Shown here one piece after another: positions 11,076 to 23,530 of a DNA stretch of 64,000 bases (position 1 is the first letter of the stretch; every line of letters starts with the position of its first letter). Origin of the DNA: Lama glama (taxonomy: Eukaryota). The DNA lies in contig CM052816.1 in assembly GCA_028534125.1 (NCBI GenBank), positions 81,656,001-81,720,000 on the forward strand, read 5' to 3'. The translations under genes were made by a program, and so were the position numbers. The notes beneath the pieces are model-generated. The model worked only from the letters and a program-made list of their open reading frames with translations. It was not told the DNA's origin and searched no databases.

Positions 11076-13339
11076 CTTCTAATCCTAAAGCAACTCCTTT
11101 TGAGTAGATCCTTAGTCACTGGACTTCACCTCCTTCTGCATCCTCTCTGCCAGCTACCCCCTACCGAGTCTGGATTTATGCAAACATGCATTTATGTAGC
11201 TATCTTTCTCACCTTCCTTCAGATCCTACCCAATTATCCTGAGGAGTGAGCCCTCATGGCCCTGCTACCATCTCACCCATCTTTTCCTCTGACATTACTC
11301 CAGCGAATACCCACCATGCCTCCCAGTTTAGGCTACAGATACCCCTGGTAGCCTCTCCTGCGTTCAGAGTTCCTCCCATGACTGCACTTGAGTAGAGGAG
11401 GCATTCTTTTCCATTTGGACTCCTAGGTCCTTCCCACTGTTCCCATATTATAATAAATCTTTCCTCATTAACACTAACCAGGCATAGGTACCAAACGCCA
11501 TACTAATGTAATAGGATATACCATGTATCACATGCTAATATATTCCTGTTACTCTGCATTGCATTTTTTTCATTTTATAACTGCACTGCATTTTTAATTT
11601 TCTCCATGTGATTTTCGTCCAGGAGAGATTATCAGGGACTACTGGACCCAAAGTCTCTCCTGTACTTCCTTTGCCTGGATTAGTGCTAATGCAGTTTCCA
11701 TGTCTTTCCTATGCCCCACTTCCTCGCCAGCCAAAGACACATTTCACATCACAGAGGTTCTTTGCTATGCCTTGCCCCTGAGAGTTGAAGATAGAGCAGG
11801 TCTGTGAAGCAGAAAATCCAAAGCAGCCCACTCTCCGTGACTTATATGACATCCAACTCCCAGCCCTGCCAGGTGCATTTCCTATGGCAATTCCTGTCCT
11901 TCCCCAGGTATGGTGTTGCCCTTGGCTGTGCCTTGGAAGAGGCTACTATCAACACTCAAGAATAACTGAAGCCAGACCTCACGTCCGAGATTATGTTCAT
12001 TTATCTTCTAGACTCAGAGCCACCAAGCCCTGAAGAATGTGGCAAAGACGACCCAGGTACTGAGTTCCACATTGCCCTGAACATATATCTTCCTTGTTCC
12101 TCCACAGTGATAGCTGCCGGCAGCTATGAGAATTAGTAACACACACTCTCCCTCTCTGTCTCTCTTCCCCCAACCAACTCAATCTGAGCATTTGCAACCA
12201 GCCAGTAATCCTCAAGCCCTCACAGTACACCATTCACAAGGCACCAGCCTCTTCCCTGTCCACAGAGGTGGCACTAAAAGAAGGGAGATGCCTGTGGGTC
12301 CCTGCATCTCAGGATGTACAGGACACTACTCACACACGCATTCAAACACTGATGAAATGCCTGTGCCCTCCGCTTCCCTCCCCTTTCAAGTGGATCCAAC
12401 TCCATCTTGAAACAATTTCCCCAGCTTGTCTCAATCCTTCCCGGGTCTGTTCCATTGGCTCGGCTCGAGCCTGCCTCCACCTCATGCCAAGCCTGGTTTC
12501 AGTTATGTCAAAACAGCTTCCATCAAAATCCTGGGCTGCTTTTTTGAATTTCCTTCACTGTTTTGAAGTCAGCAGAGAAAAGATACTTCAATTGCAAAAT
12601 GACCTCCACCAATGTGCTCTGGCTAATGCCAGGCACTGCTCTTCTCCCGAATCTCTTCTAGATGGTGTACTGAGGATTTTTTAAAATCTGATTTTCTTTT
12701 TCCTTTTCTTTCTTCTCAAAGGCTCTGTGGCAGGCCTGGTTGGGATAAACAGGTTTCATAACTTACAAAGGTTTGTGTAGACTAACTTGCTAAGTTTTGC
12801 AAACTTCATCTCTAAGAGCTCCTTAGAAGCTGGATTTTGGGGATATTTTCCCCTGTTGTTCATCCATCTGCATGATCCTCTAGGACTCCTCTTAGTTTGG
12901 AGGATTTCAGTGACAAAAGAACCAGATCAACGGAACCCTGGCTTAGCAAAACAGATAAGCCAAGTCCTTACAGATGGGGACAATCTGTAAATCTGGGCTT
13001 TCAAATAGTGTACTCCTCACGTGTGGGTTGACCAGATGTAACTGCGACATCGTTGCGTATCTTTGTGGTTCTTGTTATGTTTGGACAAGGAAAATGCATG
13101 GGCATTTTGTATTTCTATTGGGATTTTTAAAATAACTGCAAGTGAAGCATTAAAGAAACCGTAAATTATTGGACGCACAAGCAGAAACACTGATACGAAA
13201 ATGCAAAGCTTGCTTTTAATGGTGTGTTTATATCAGAAGCGCCAAAAACTAGTATGAATGATAATATATGAGGGGGAGGGGTACCAATATTGGTGAAGTT
13301 TAACTATATGCTGTGTCCTGGGTTAACTGCACACACACA

Positions 13340-13455
13340 TCACCTTGGTCCATCTTCTAGAGATGGGAAAACTAAGGCTGAGAGATTCACTTGCTCAAGG
13401 TCACAGAGCTGGTATAGGTGGAGCTGGGATTCAAATTTCCATCTGATTTCTAAGG
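13340..13455 (-). mobile_element. MIR fragment
   Basis: agatgggaaaactaaggctgagag...ttgctcaaggtcacagagctggt...gagctgggattcaaa. Confidence 0.75.
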
Positions 13456-14194
13456 AACCCAGGCAACGACCTCGGGATTTACTCTGTGCCCCATCCTAAT
13501 CTTGTTCATCATCACAAGGTTTGGATAAAAGGGCTGCAATAGCCAAAGGGCTCTCACAGCCTAAGACGCCTCTCCCCGCATTAACATCACAGGGATTCCA
13601 CCTTGGTATGTTAACATCCAAAATATGCCCCACACCCAGGAGAAAAAAGGCTTTAGGGAAAGCAAGACGTATTTTCAGGCAGGCCCAGAAGGCAGGTTCG
13701 TATTTGGGTGGAGTGAGGTGGCTTCCAACTGCCTCATTCCATCTGCCAGCTGTGAGCTGAGACAGTCCCCAAGAATTATGGAGAAGTAGAGGCACTTCTT
13801 GCTCAGATTACCCAGAATCACAGGGCTAATGAACCCACCCAGGATCCCCGCCCAGCCAAGGCCAAACAACATGGCTAATGCAAGCTATGCCCTCCAAGGT
13901 TGGCCTCTCTGCTCAGGCACACTCTGGAACTTAGTCACCCCTCCTCCCTTTCCTGCACCCTGATAGTGGCTCCACTCCAGCCTGGGGCTTCTCAAGTGGT
14001 ACTGTGCTCTGAACACCTCTCCCTCTATGATGAACCCCCCCTCCTGGTAGCAGGCAGTCTGCACACCTTCTGGCTCTAAACAAGACATGTCAATACCCAT
14101 ATTCATTGCTCTCACAATGCTCTCTATATTTTTATAGAAGATAATGTGCAGTCAGCTGGTGATGGGTGGACAGAAATCAGGAGGGAGGGGAAGG

Positions 14195-14605
14195 CAAATC
14201 CCTGGGCTGAGGTACAACTCAGATGTCCCTTCAAGGAAGGACTTGCTGTCTGGCCCATGGGGAGTGTGCCAGCTCACACCTCCAACTGTGAGCTTCATCA
14301 AGGTCTGGCTAAGCTTTCAGGTTAAGGTCATGCTCTTTGGGGCCAGTTCCTGGCCAAAGGTGAGCAAGATGCGGAGACGACACCTGACCATTCCCACCCA
14401 GTGTGGGACAACTCCAGTGGCAGGTTTCGCTCCGGAGCTCCCTGTTGGGCTGACCGACTTTGTCAGGTGGGCAGCACCGTGTGCCGGCCCCCTACCCCCT
14501 GCCCAGTCCTGCTCCCTCCCTCTTCCTTCTACAGATGTTATCCCAACAGACGCTTTGCACTTTTAGCTCTAACTTAGCATCTGCTTCCTGGAGAACCCAA
14601 TGTGA
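14195..14605 (+). mobile_element. ERVL LTR (LTR16-like)
   Basis: gctccggagctccctgttggg...tgcccagtcctgctccctccc...agcatctgcttcctggagaacccaa resembles the LTR16 3' half. Confidence 0.7.
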
Positions 14606-14889
14606 GGGAGGGCAAGATGATGAGAAGAACAAAATAGTTCCCAAAAAGGAGATGATGAGAAGTAATAGTAGCCAAAAAAGGCCTGTCAGGAATTGACAGA
14701 ACAGCCAATCTGAGTACAGAAGCAGTCAGCAGACTTCTTGAGAAGTCGAGCTGGATAAACAGCATTCACAAAGATCTCCTTTAAATCTGTCGGCTGGTAG
14801 CCTGACAAACCAACAGCAAAGGGCTCCTTCAGAGTGAGGCTCTCTTTACACCACACCTAAACAGCTTCACCAGAACCTACCCCAGTATC

Positions 14890-15085
14890 AACTACGTGGA
14901 GCCAGATCACACTTGGTTCAGGTGTCAGCACTGCCACTCAGGCCCTTGGGCAGGACACCGTCTCAGAGACGGATCCCTCCGTCTCATCTACCTATGGGGT
15001 TGTTGGGAGGATTAAAATGGATAATGGACTAAGTCGGCTGGTTTCCCCACCTGGCTCAAAGTACGTGCCAGTAAATGTCAGTTCC
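14890..15085 (+). mobile_element. MIR fragment
   Basis: ggagccagat...cttgggcag...gggttgttgggaggattaaaatggataatg. Confidence 0.6.
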
Positions 15086-17633
15086 TTACGCTTTGGAGAA
15101 ATTTGCTAGGTAATCATAGGTCAACCAGTTAAACTTGTTGGAGGCTATTGTCCTGGGCGGAGTCCCCAGAAGGGAAACTCACAGAAGGGAGTGGTCAACC
15201 AATTCTGTGGTTGGAATGGGACAAAGAGAACCTCGGTCAAGTCGGGGTGAAAAGGAGTCCCTGGAAAAACCAAGTTCACAGGGACAGGTGGAGAGTCAGA
15301 AATTGATTCTAAAACTAAAGCTCCGAAAGAGTAGGGCACACATGCCTTAGATGCTGAGCCTCGTTGGCCCCAAGGCAGAGAGGCATTCTGAGGGCCTTCT
15401 GGACACAGCTCATCCTGCTGAGAAGGATGGGTGTGTGAATGTTTGTGTGCATGCACGTGCATACAGCTGTGGGGGACCAGGCTACGCAGACAACCAGCAC
15501 AGAGGATGGCCAACTGAGGGCCATATTCTCTGCAAGAGAGATGACACAGATGTCTTTCAAAGCACAGACCAGTGATAGCCTCTTGTTTCACTTCCATGTC
15601 CATCTGGCCAAGGTCAGGCTCCCAACTCCCAAAGCAATTGAGAACTTTCTGACCTGACCTGAACTCTGAGGACATTTCCAGAGGTCCTGGAATTGCCCCA
15701 AAACTCAGGGTGGAGTCTGGGAGACTGCCCATCCCAACCAAGCTGTGAGATGGGCTGACCCCTGAATATTTTGTAAAATATGCAGGCTGCTCACAGTGAT
15801 ACAAGAAACTGCCACAAATAAATTATGTGCACAGGGGGTGAGAAGAGGGACACGGCCCCTCCCAGCACCCACTCCTCCCGGGCCTGCCATTCCTCCACCT
15901 AACACAGATACATGGATAACAACCCTCCCTTCTGGTTCAGACGCTTCCTTTCAAAGGGCCTCCTTCGCTTTTCTGAGGCTGGCGTTTCAAAAGCCCAGTT
16001 GTTTTGATACTAAATTTTTCAACATATTACAATGCCATAAGACTGTCAACATTATGATGTTTTTTTAAATGTTGGGAGAGTCTCTGGAGACACACAGTTT
16101 CAGCTCTAGGGGAAAACACTCCCAGCATGAATAGCCGGCTCTGCTTCTGTACGAGGTGTAGCAGGTGTGGGTATTTGAGTCACATGCATGTTTTAGACTA
16201 TCAGGAACTCACTTCGTTACCAAATGTTCTCAACAGGAAATAGCTGGCAGACGGCACACGCTAGACTTGGAACCCTCCTACTTAGAGCAAACAGAAAACA
16301 TCCAAAAAAAAGTCAGAGCCATGCGCTTGCCTGGAAAAATAAACACCCCCTGAAGTTATTTCTTGAACTGCACACCAGGAAGAGTATGATCTGGAAGAAT
16401 CTGGAAGAGGGGAGAAACAAAAGCATTGACCAAGGGACCTTCTCGAATCTCAGGGGGAAAAAATCCATGAGAGTTTTCCACTGTGGCACTGCTCCCTTTA
16501 GACTCCCAAATATTTCTCACAGGTGCAAGGGTATCTTGCTGTGTTCTAGTTTCCCAGGCTGGGGAGCAAACCGCACCTTTTCTACACAGGTGGGAGCTTT
16601 ATGGGGATGGTGACACTGCCAGGTCAGGGGTCGGGCACCCAACTCACCAGATACAGGGTTCGATGTGGGCTCTGAGGAAGACCCGACACAGTATTGTTAA
16701 GAACAGAGCAACACTCCACAACTAGGGGACTTTTTTTTCTCCTACTAACACTCTGCATCCTGAGTTCTCTTCAAAGATTTCCTCCTTAGGAGACTTAACT
16801 GCAGTCTTTTAAAATTAGCTCTTATGGCCCGAGAGCATCAATATGAGATTTATTTAATTACCCTCCCTGTCCGACTTCCTCCAAGAGTTTACGCATTGGC
16901 ACCATCTGTTCTCAAAAGGGCCCTCTCCCAGCACTTTGGCTTTGAGCAAAAGAAGACAGCAGTCCCAGGCATCACTTACAGAAAAATTAACATTGACAAA
17001 GCAGGTTCTGTGGGAAATTTTGATATTGCTGTTCCTTAAAGAACTGAAAAGCAGTGTTCTCTAAATTATCCAGCACAAAGTTTATAAGGTCCATTTCATT
17101 TGAACCATCTTCAAAGACTATAAATATGTGATTAAGTCCAAAGGGGCCCCTTGTGGGCTCTTTCAAATGGCTAGAGTTCCAGATGGAAGAGTCTATAAAG
17201 AAGAAAATGTCTGTTTTTTAAAGTTGAGATGTTCCAGTTCTTGCTCTCCTTCAGTAGGGGTGATGGATGGAAGGAAAAAAAGAGAAAGAGCAACTGAGAG
17301 GAAGAACAGGTAAGAAAAGTGAGTTTTCAGATTTCATTCTTTTCTTAAATCCCAATAGAATCAATTAGCAAAGCTGTATTTTAAATACCCTGCCTTGGAT
17401 TTCAAGACAACACAAAGAATTTCTCAGATAACACCCAATCCAGTTCCATGGACGAATGTGGGGGTTTAAGAGAGAAAACACACAACTCTTTCTCCAGCCC
17501 CACGTCCAAAATGGGAGGTCCCTGAGAGTTGTTCAACAGCAGACCCAGAAGGGAGTCAGACTTGTGCCAAAGAACGGATTTTCTCTGAAAATGAAGAAGA
17601 TGATAGACAGAGAATAAGTTTCAAAAATTGAGT

Positions 17634-17959
17634 GCAGCTATTTACAATAGCCAAGACATGGAAACAACCTAAATGTTCATCAACAGATGACTGGATAAAG
17701 AAGATGTGCTACACACACACACACTATGGAATACTACTCAGCCATAAAAAAGAATAATGTCAATTTGTAGCAACATGGATGGACCTGGAGATTGTCATAC
17801 TGAGTGAAGTCAGAAAGAGAAAGACAAATATCATATATCATTTATGTGTGGAATTAAAAAAATACAAATTCTATTTACAAACCAAAAATAAACTCAATGG
17901 ACATAGAAAACAAACTATGGTTACCAAAGGGGAAAGGGCAGGGAGGGATAAATTAGGGG
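17634..17959 (+). mobile_element. Comparatively young L1 3' region, cut off by the assembly gap
   Basis: tatttacaatagccaagacatggaaacaacctaaatgttcatcaacagatgactggataaagaagatg...atggatggacctggagattgtcatactgagtgaagt...ggttaccaaaggggaaagg. Confidence 0.92.
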
Positions 17960-18459
17960 NNNNNNNNNNNNNNNNNNNNNNNNNNNNNNNNNNNNNNNNN
18001 NNNNNNNNNNNNNNNNNNNNNNNNNNNNNNNNNNNNNNNNNNNNNNNNNNNNNNNNNNNNNNNNNNNNNNNNNNNNNNNNNNNNNNNNNNNNNNNNNNNN
18101 NNNNNNNNNNNNNNNNNNNNNNNNNNNNNNNNNNNNNNNNNNNNNNNNNNNNNNNNNNNNNNNNNNNNNNNNNNNNNNNNNNNNNNNNNNNNNNNNNNNN
18201 NNNNNNNNNNNNNNNNNNNNNNNNNNNNNNNNNNNNNNNNNNNNNNNNNNNNNNNNNNNNNNNNNNNNNNNNNNNNNNNNNNNNNNNNNNNNNNNNNNNN
18301 NNNNNNNNNNNNNNNNNNNNNNNNNNNNNNNNNNNNNNNNNNNNNNNNNNNNNNNNNNNNNNNNNNNNNNNNNNNNNNNNNNNNNNNNNNNNNNNNNNNN
18401 NNNNNNNNNNNNNNNNNNNNNNNNNNNNNNNNNNNNNNNNNNNNNNNNNNNNNNNNNNN
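17960..18459. other. Assembly gap of exactly 500 N
   Basis: Run of N from 17960 to 18459. Confidence 0.99.
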
Positions 18460-18479
18460 CTCCTTCATGTCCCCCCCAA

Positions 18480-19085
18480 AACCACCCCTGTAAGTTGCCT
18501 TTCAACTTTTATCTTCTAGTATATTTTCACCCATAAGTTTAGTATATCTTCTCCTTTATAACTTTCTGAGTTTATAGTCATTATTTAGGAAGCTTCCACA
18601 CCCTAGTGAGTAGTCTGTTTTCTTCTAATACTTTCACAGATTTCATTTTTATGTTTAGCTCTTTATCTCCTCTAGAATTTCTTTATTTAAGGTGGGAACT
18701 AACTTTATACTCTTCCCTAAAAAGTTTTAGCTGATTCTTTCAATAAAATTCACTGAACAGACTGACGTTTATCCTCCAGTTTTGAAACATCTCCTTTGCA
18801 TGCACTAAATCTCCTGACATAGGTGGGCCTACATGGGATTCCCTGCTCTGCTCCACTGGTCTGTCAGTTCCTGTGCCATCCTGTTTGAATTACTATAGCT
18901 TCAAAGTCTAGTTTGCTGTTGGGTGAGAAAGAACATACCCCTCCTCATTGTTCTTATTTTTCCAAAAGTATCTAAACTATTCGTTCACTTTGCCCCATTT
19001 CAGATAAATTTTAGTTCCTCTGTTTAGATTCCAAAATAATTATTTTCAGGTTTTGATGGAAATTGTATGTATTTACAGATAGGAA
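18480..19085 (-). mobile_element. Highly decayed old L1 ORF2 fragment
   Basis: T-rich, with ctgctctgctccactggtctgtc, gaattactatagcttcaaagt and gttttgatggaaattgtatg, typical of antisense L1M ORF2. Confidence 0.65.
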
Positions 19086-20022
19086 AGGACGATAGCAGCA
19101 TTGTGTATCCTTAAAAGACCGTCTGCAGAATCCGTTTCCTAGGAACAAGAACTGTGGTTGTAGATATGTGATCTGAACAACTGCTCTTTAGTTGAGGATA
19201 AGACAAGTTAAGGTCACTCCATTAGAAAGCAAATGGCTCATTCGCCCAGCCAGCCCTAGTGGTCAGCTCTGAATCTTCAGAGTAAGGCTCCATGCTGTAA
19301 TCAGCCTCCCACAAGTTTTCAATTAAGGTTACGAAATCCAAGAAGGTTTTCTTTAAAAGTTATTTTTACCAAATCATAAATCAAAGGTATACCGAGGTTA
19401 CAAATTCAGATGTTCCCATCACATAATTACTTCAAATCACCCTCTCCCTTCTCCATTCTAACCTAAATTTCAGAGTGCAGTGTTTATGATATAACTACAT
19501 ACTTCTTGACATAGACATCTCAAAATCATTGCCATAGACATTTAGTGGAACAAGTCCAATTTTAAACTGAAAACAGTACTTTAAAAGAGATTTAAAAATT
19601 CTGGCATCCCTGTTTATGTAATAATTACAATTCAACAAAAATGTCATAATATTAGAACACTGACAGATTTCCTTTAGAGATGCTTGACTAGATTTTTCCA
19701 AGAAAAAACAATAAACAAGAAGGGTTTAAACTTGTTTCAAAGTGTAATAAGATATACAAACAAGATCTGTATTCAAAATAGACAAAAATCTAATGCTGAT
19801 GCTTACAGGCAAAGAGAAAGAGAACATACATAATAGGTCTAATAAATACTTTTCATGTTTTTCTACACTCTAGGAAATATTATAAAGATAACACTCTAGC
19901 ATGACTGAAGTGTGGAGATCACACAGGAGAGCAACAATTTCTGTCTGAGAAGAGAGAAGAAACAGAAAACCTCTCTCATGAGATGTTGCACAGACCTCTA
20001 TCTGATGTAACAGCACATTCAA

Positions 20023-20380
20023 GGAATTGAATGGATAAACCAACTGTGGCACATCTATACAATGGAATACTACTCAGCAAGGAACAGGAATGGACTATCG
20101 ATACATGTAACAACGTGGCTGAATCTCAAATGAATTTGCTAAGTGAAAGAAGCAAGAATTAAACGGCTTCATGCTGTATGATTCCATTTATATGAAATTC
20201 TGGAAATTCTTACATGAAAAGGTAGGACAATAGAACATATCAGTGGTTGCCAGAAGCTAAGGGTAAGGAGAGGATTTTACCACAAGGGGGCACTTTTTAG
20301 GGTGATGGAATGGTTCTCTATCTTGAGTATGGTGGTGATTCACATGACTTCCTTTGTTAGAATTCATAGACTAGAACAAC
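20023..20380 (+). mobile_element. L1 (L1MC/L1ME-like) 3' end fragment
   Basis: gaatggataaaccaactgtggcacatctatacaatggaatactactcagcaa...tgaatctcaaa...atgattccatttatatgaaattc. Confidence 0.85.
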
Positions 20381-20829
20381 TAGAAAGGTATTCCTTAGCT
20401 TCTTTCTTGTTCCATAATGTCTCAATTTTGTATTTTAAGTGTAGTCCATTTAATCCTTTCTTCTGGGGTTGGGGAAATTTTATTATGCTAAAGAGTGTAA
20501 GCACATTATACTTCAATAAACTTGTCATCATTGTCTTCCTCTTCTTATCTATCAATAGCATGTCAGCTATTTATTTGCTTATATAGGAAGGATTAACTTA
20601 ATGGAAGTAAAGTGTACAGAACTCAGTCTCCCTTGCTGGTTTGTGTTTTTCATTTTCCCAGGCACCAAGAACTCACCTTCTCCATCTTCCCCTAGAATCC
20701 TGTGGAACGTTCTCTAAAGTGAATTGAGTTAACCATATTAAAAGTTGGTCCTAGGCTCCTGGATCAGAATCTGATCCCATGGGATATTTGAGACAAGTCC
20801 CACATAGCTTTAGCCCAAACCTATGGGTT

Positions 20830-21340
20830 TTCACAGACAGTCAAGCTTAATCCCATGACAGAATCAACTAAAGGCACTGCAATATTTGACCACATTAAGA
20901 GAAGTATTCTGTCCACATCAAAGGATGTGATACTCCTGTTCTGGATAACAGTGTATGTAGAGAAATTGACACAGTTCAGGCATCAAAATTTTTAAATGGT
21001 AATTCTGTCATATGATGAGCAGCTGAAAAGACTAAGGGTATTTAACCCTAGAGAACATAATAATGAGGCAGGGGTGGTTAGGAGGGAATACAATGGTTTT
21101 ACACATAAGTGCCTAAATGGTCATATGAAGAAAGAGGTAGTCCACTTCAGGGTGGCACAGGTTATAGGATTAGTACTAATGAGAAAAAAGACAAGGAGTG
21201 GAAGATATTTGGCTTTATAGACAAAAACTTATCAAACACCGAGTGCTACCCCTGGATGAAATGGCTGCCTTCTGAGGAAGGAAGACCACTAGGGATGCTG
21301 CAGAAAGGGCTGTGGATTTGGTGGGAGGCTAAATGAAAGG
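20830..21340 (+). mobile_element. L3/CR1 LINE fragment
   Basis: tcatatgatgagcagctgaaaagactaagggtatttaacc and the preceding cacattaagagaagtatt are CR1-like. Confidence 0.6.
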
Positions 21341-21699
21341 ACTTACGTGAACAGAAACGACCAACAGTGAGCCAGTCATACTGAACTGGGTGGTCGACAA
21401 GCTCTGTCATGCCCAGCAGAGGACTGAGCATCTGAGAAAGGCACCAAAGGAGAGGAAAGGCAGGAAAAGAGAAGATCTGGACATATGGAAAGACAGAGGA
21501 GAAAGAGGAGACAAACTGGAACCGTTTTGCCTGCGTGGTTGGGGAGATGAATGTTTGCGGGGCTCTCCAGCATCTGATCACCCTTTGGACTTGGGAGAAG
21601 CTCCCATTATCTGGGAGGTGGTGGAGAAAGGACATTCATTCTCTGTCCCCACTCCCAGACACCAGTCCACAGGCACATGACTTAGGTTTGGTCCACTGG

Positions 21700-22002
21700 A
21701 GGTTCTTGCCTGTCTCTGGATCATGGGGAAGTGATATGAAGACACAGGGACAGATAAAAGGCTAGGTATAGGAGTCCAGTAATGGTGGGAGCAGTGGTGA
21801 TGCCCTGAGCAGACTGTTCTTGCGATAACCTTCGATGTGTTCTTGGCCACTAGGATCTTGTCCATTCTTTTGAGCCCAGATCTTATTTAACACTTCTGTT
21901 GGTTCCTGTGAGCTACCCAATATTTTGTCACTAAATTTCTTTTGTGCTTAAATGAGCCAGGACTTGTTTCTGTTGCTTGCAACCTCAAAACCCTAAGTGA
22001 TG
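21700..22002 (+). mobile_element. MaLR (MLT1-like) LTR 3' part
   Basis: aaatttcttttgtgcttaaatgagccag...tttctgttgcttgcaacc...cctaagtgat. Confidence 0.65.
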
Positions 22003-23419
22003 GGATCACATGAATTGTGGAAGGGGCATTTTAAGGGCTATTTTACATTGTCCTTACATCATACATGAGGATGAAATTTCATGGTTCCTAATATTGGCTG
22101 CATTTGGAGAACTTAAAAGAAATTGGGTTCCCTGTTCTACCTTTACCTGTACCTTAAATGCTTCCAAGATTCTGAAATAATAAGTCAGGGCTGGGGGTTG
22201 GTGGGTAGAGAATGAGGGGGTGGTAGAAGCCAGGAGCACATTTTTTTCCATCCAGTTTTCCAGGTAATTCTAATGCAGACTCTTAGCAATCTGGCATTTG
22301 GGGCTCTAAGCCAACAAATGCTTGAACCATTGAGTAAAGTTTGTCTGTATTGCTTAAGTCTTTTCAAGCTCCTCTTTTTCAGATCAAATCTGAGCAGCCT
22401 ACAAGTATCTTTGGAGTGAATCTCACCTCTAGCTCTTGTCCTTGCCTCAGTCTCCATGCCTCTACTCTGGACATCACCCTCTGGGAATGCATTTCCCATT
22501 CTTTCTGCCTACACAGATCCTACTTATGCATCAAGGTCCCATTTAAGAACAGCCTCTCCTATGAACTCTTTCCCATCCATTCCAACCTAGGACTTTTCAC
22601 AGAATCTTACTATCTCAGAGCTGGAAGGGACTCCTACTAATGACATGGCATCTCTGTCATGTCACTAAATCACATACTCCTTTCATCAGAAGTAATTTCT
22701 TATATTTTATTTCAATTTTCATCGTACCTATACCTTGCTCAAAATCTGTAAGTTTTCTTTAAGCAACTCTAGAGAGACATAGTTGGTGGGTGCTTAAAAG
22801 CTTTCATTAAGGTTGATTACCAGACTGCATTCCCTCATTCTCAAGCCATGTCATCTCTTAGGGAGAAAAATAAAGCTTTATCCATTTTAGGTTTCTCTCT
22901 TGGTTGGAATAGTTGCAGAAATTTTTACACATATCAGAATCTGTCTGGTTCTTAATCTAGTCTGGAACACGAGGTTGGAAACTGCCATTCTCAAGATGAA
23001 AGATCTTGGAGCATTTTCACCACTCAAAGCTACAGGAGAGGCATGAAAGACAGTCTTTGCCTTTGAGCAGACGGAAAAACATCCTGTGACTTACATGTAC
23101 CAACTCGCTCACCCGAGCAGTTCCTGGCTCTGAAGCACAGCTGGAAAGTGGCCATTAAAGGGCAGAGGGTGTGAAATGATTCACTAATGGGCCATTAGAG
23201 CTGCTTTAATCAGGAAATTCACAAGTGATATATTTCTCTGAGAATCCTGGGTTCTTCCCTCCCCTCCAAGGAAGCCATTCATTGGGTTATAATAAAGTAT
23301 TTCTCTCTATTTGGAGCCACTCAGCAGAAATGTCTAGTCTCCGGGGGTAATTTAATCACATTGGTGATGATGAGACCACGTTACAATTACATAATGCTTC
23401 GTACCTTTCTTCCCCAAAG

Positions 23420-23530
23420 CCCTTCACATACATCATTTTGTTTGACTTCACAACAACTTTGTAAGGGAGGTAGCACAGTTAGAGTTATCCTCATTTTACA
23501 GATGGGGAAGCTGAGGCATTGAAGGATGAG
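23420..23530 (-). mobile_element. MIR fragment
   Basis: ttatcctcattttacagatggggaagctgaggc. Confidence 0.75.

Noticed and set aside
15145..15804. 219-aa minus-strand ORF, and other 130-180 aa ORFs (25306, 38166, 39048, 48702, 54800, 57242)
   Set aside because: No recognisable domains, several overlap repeats, and lengths are in the range expected by chance in GC-richer intron sequence.
17779..18519. Long ORFs across the N run
   Set aside because: Artefacts of translating N as X.
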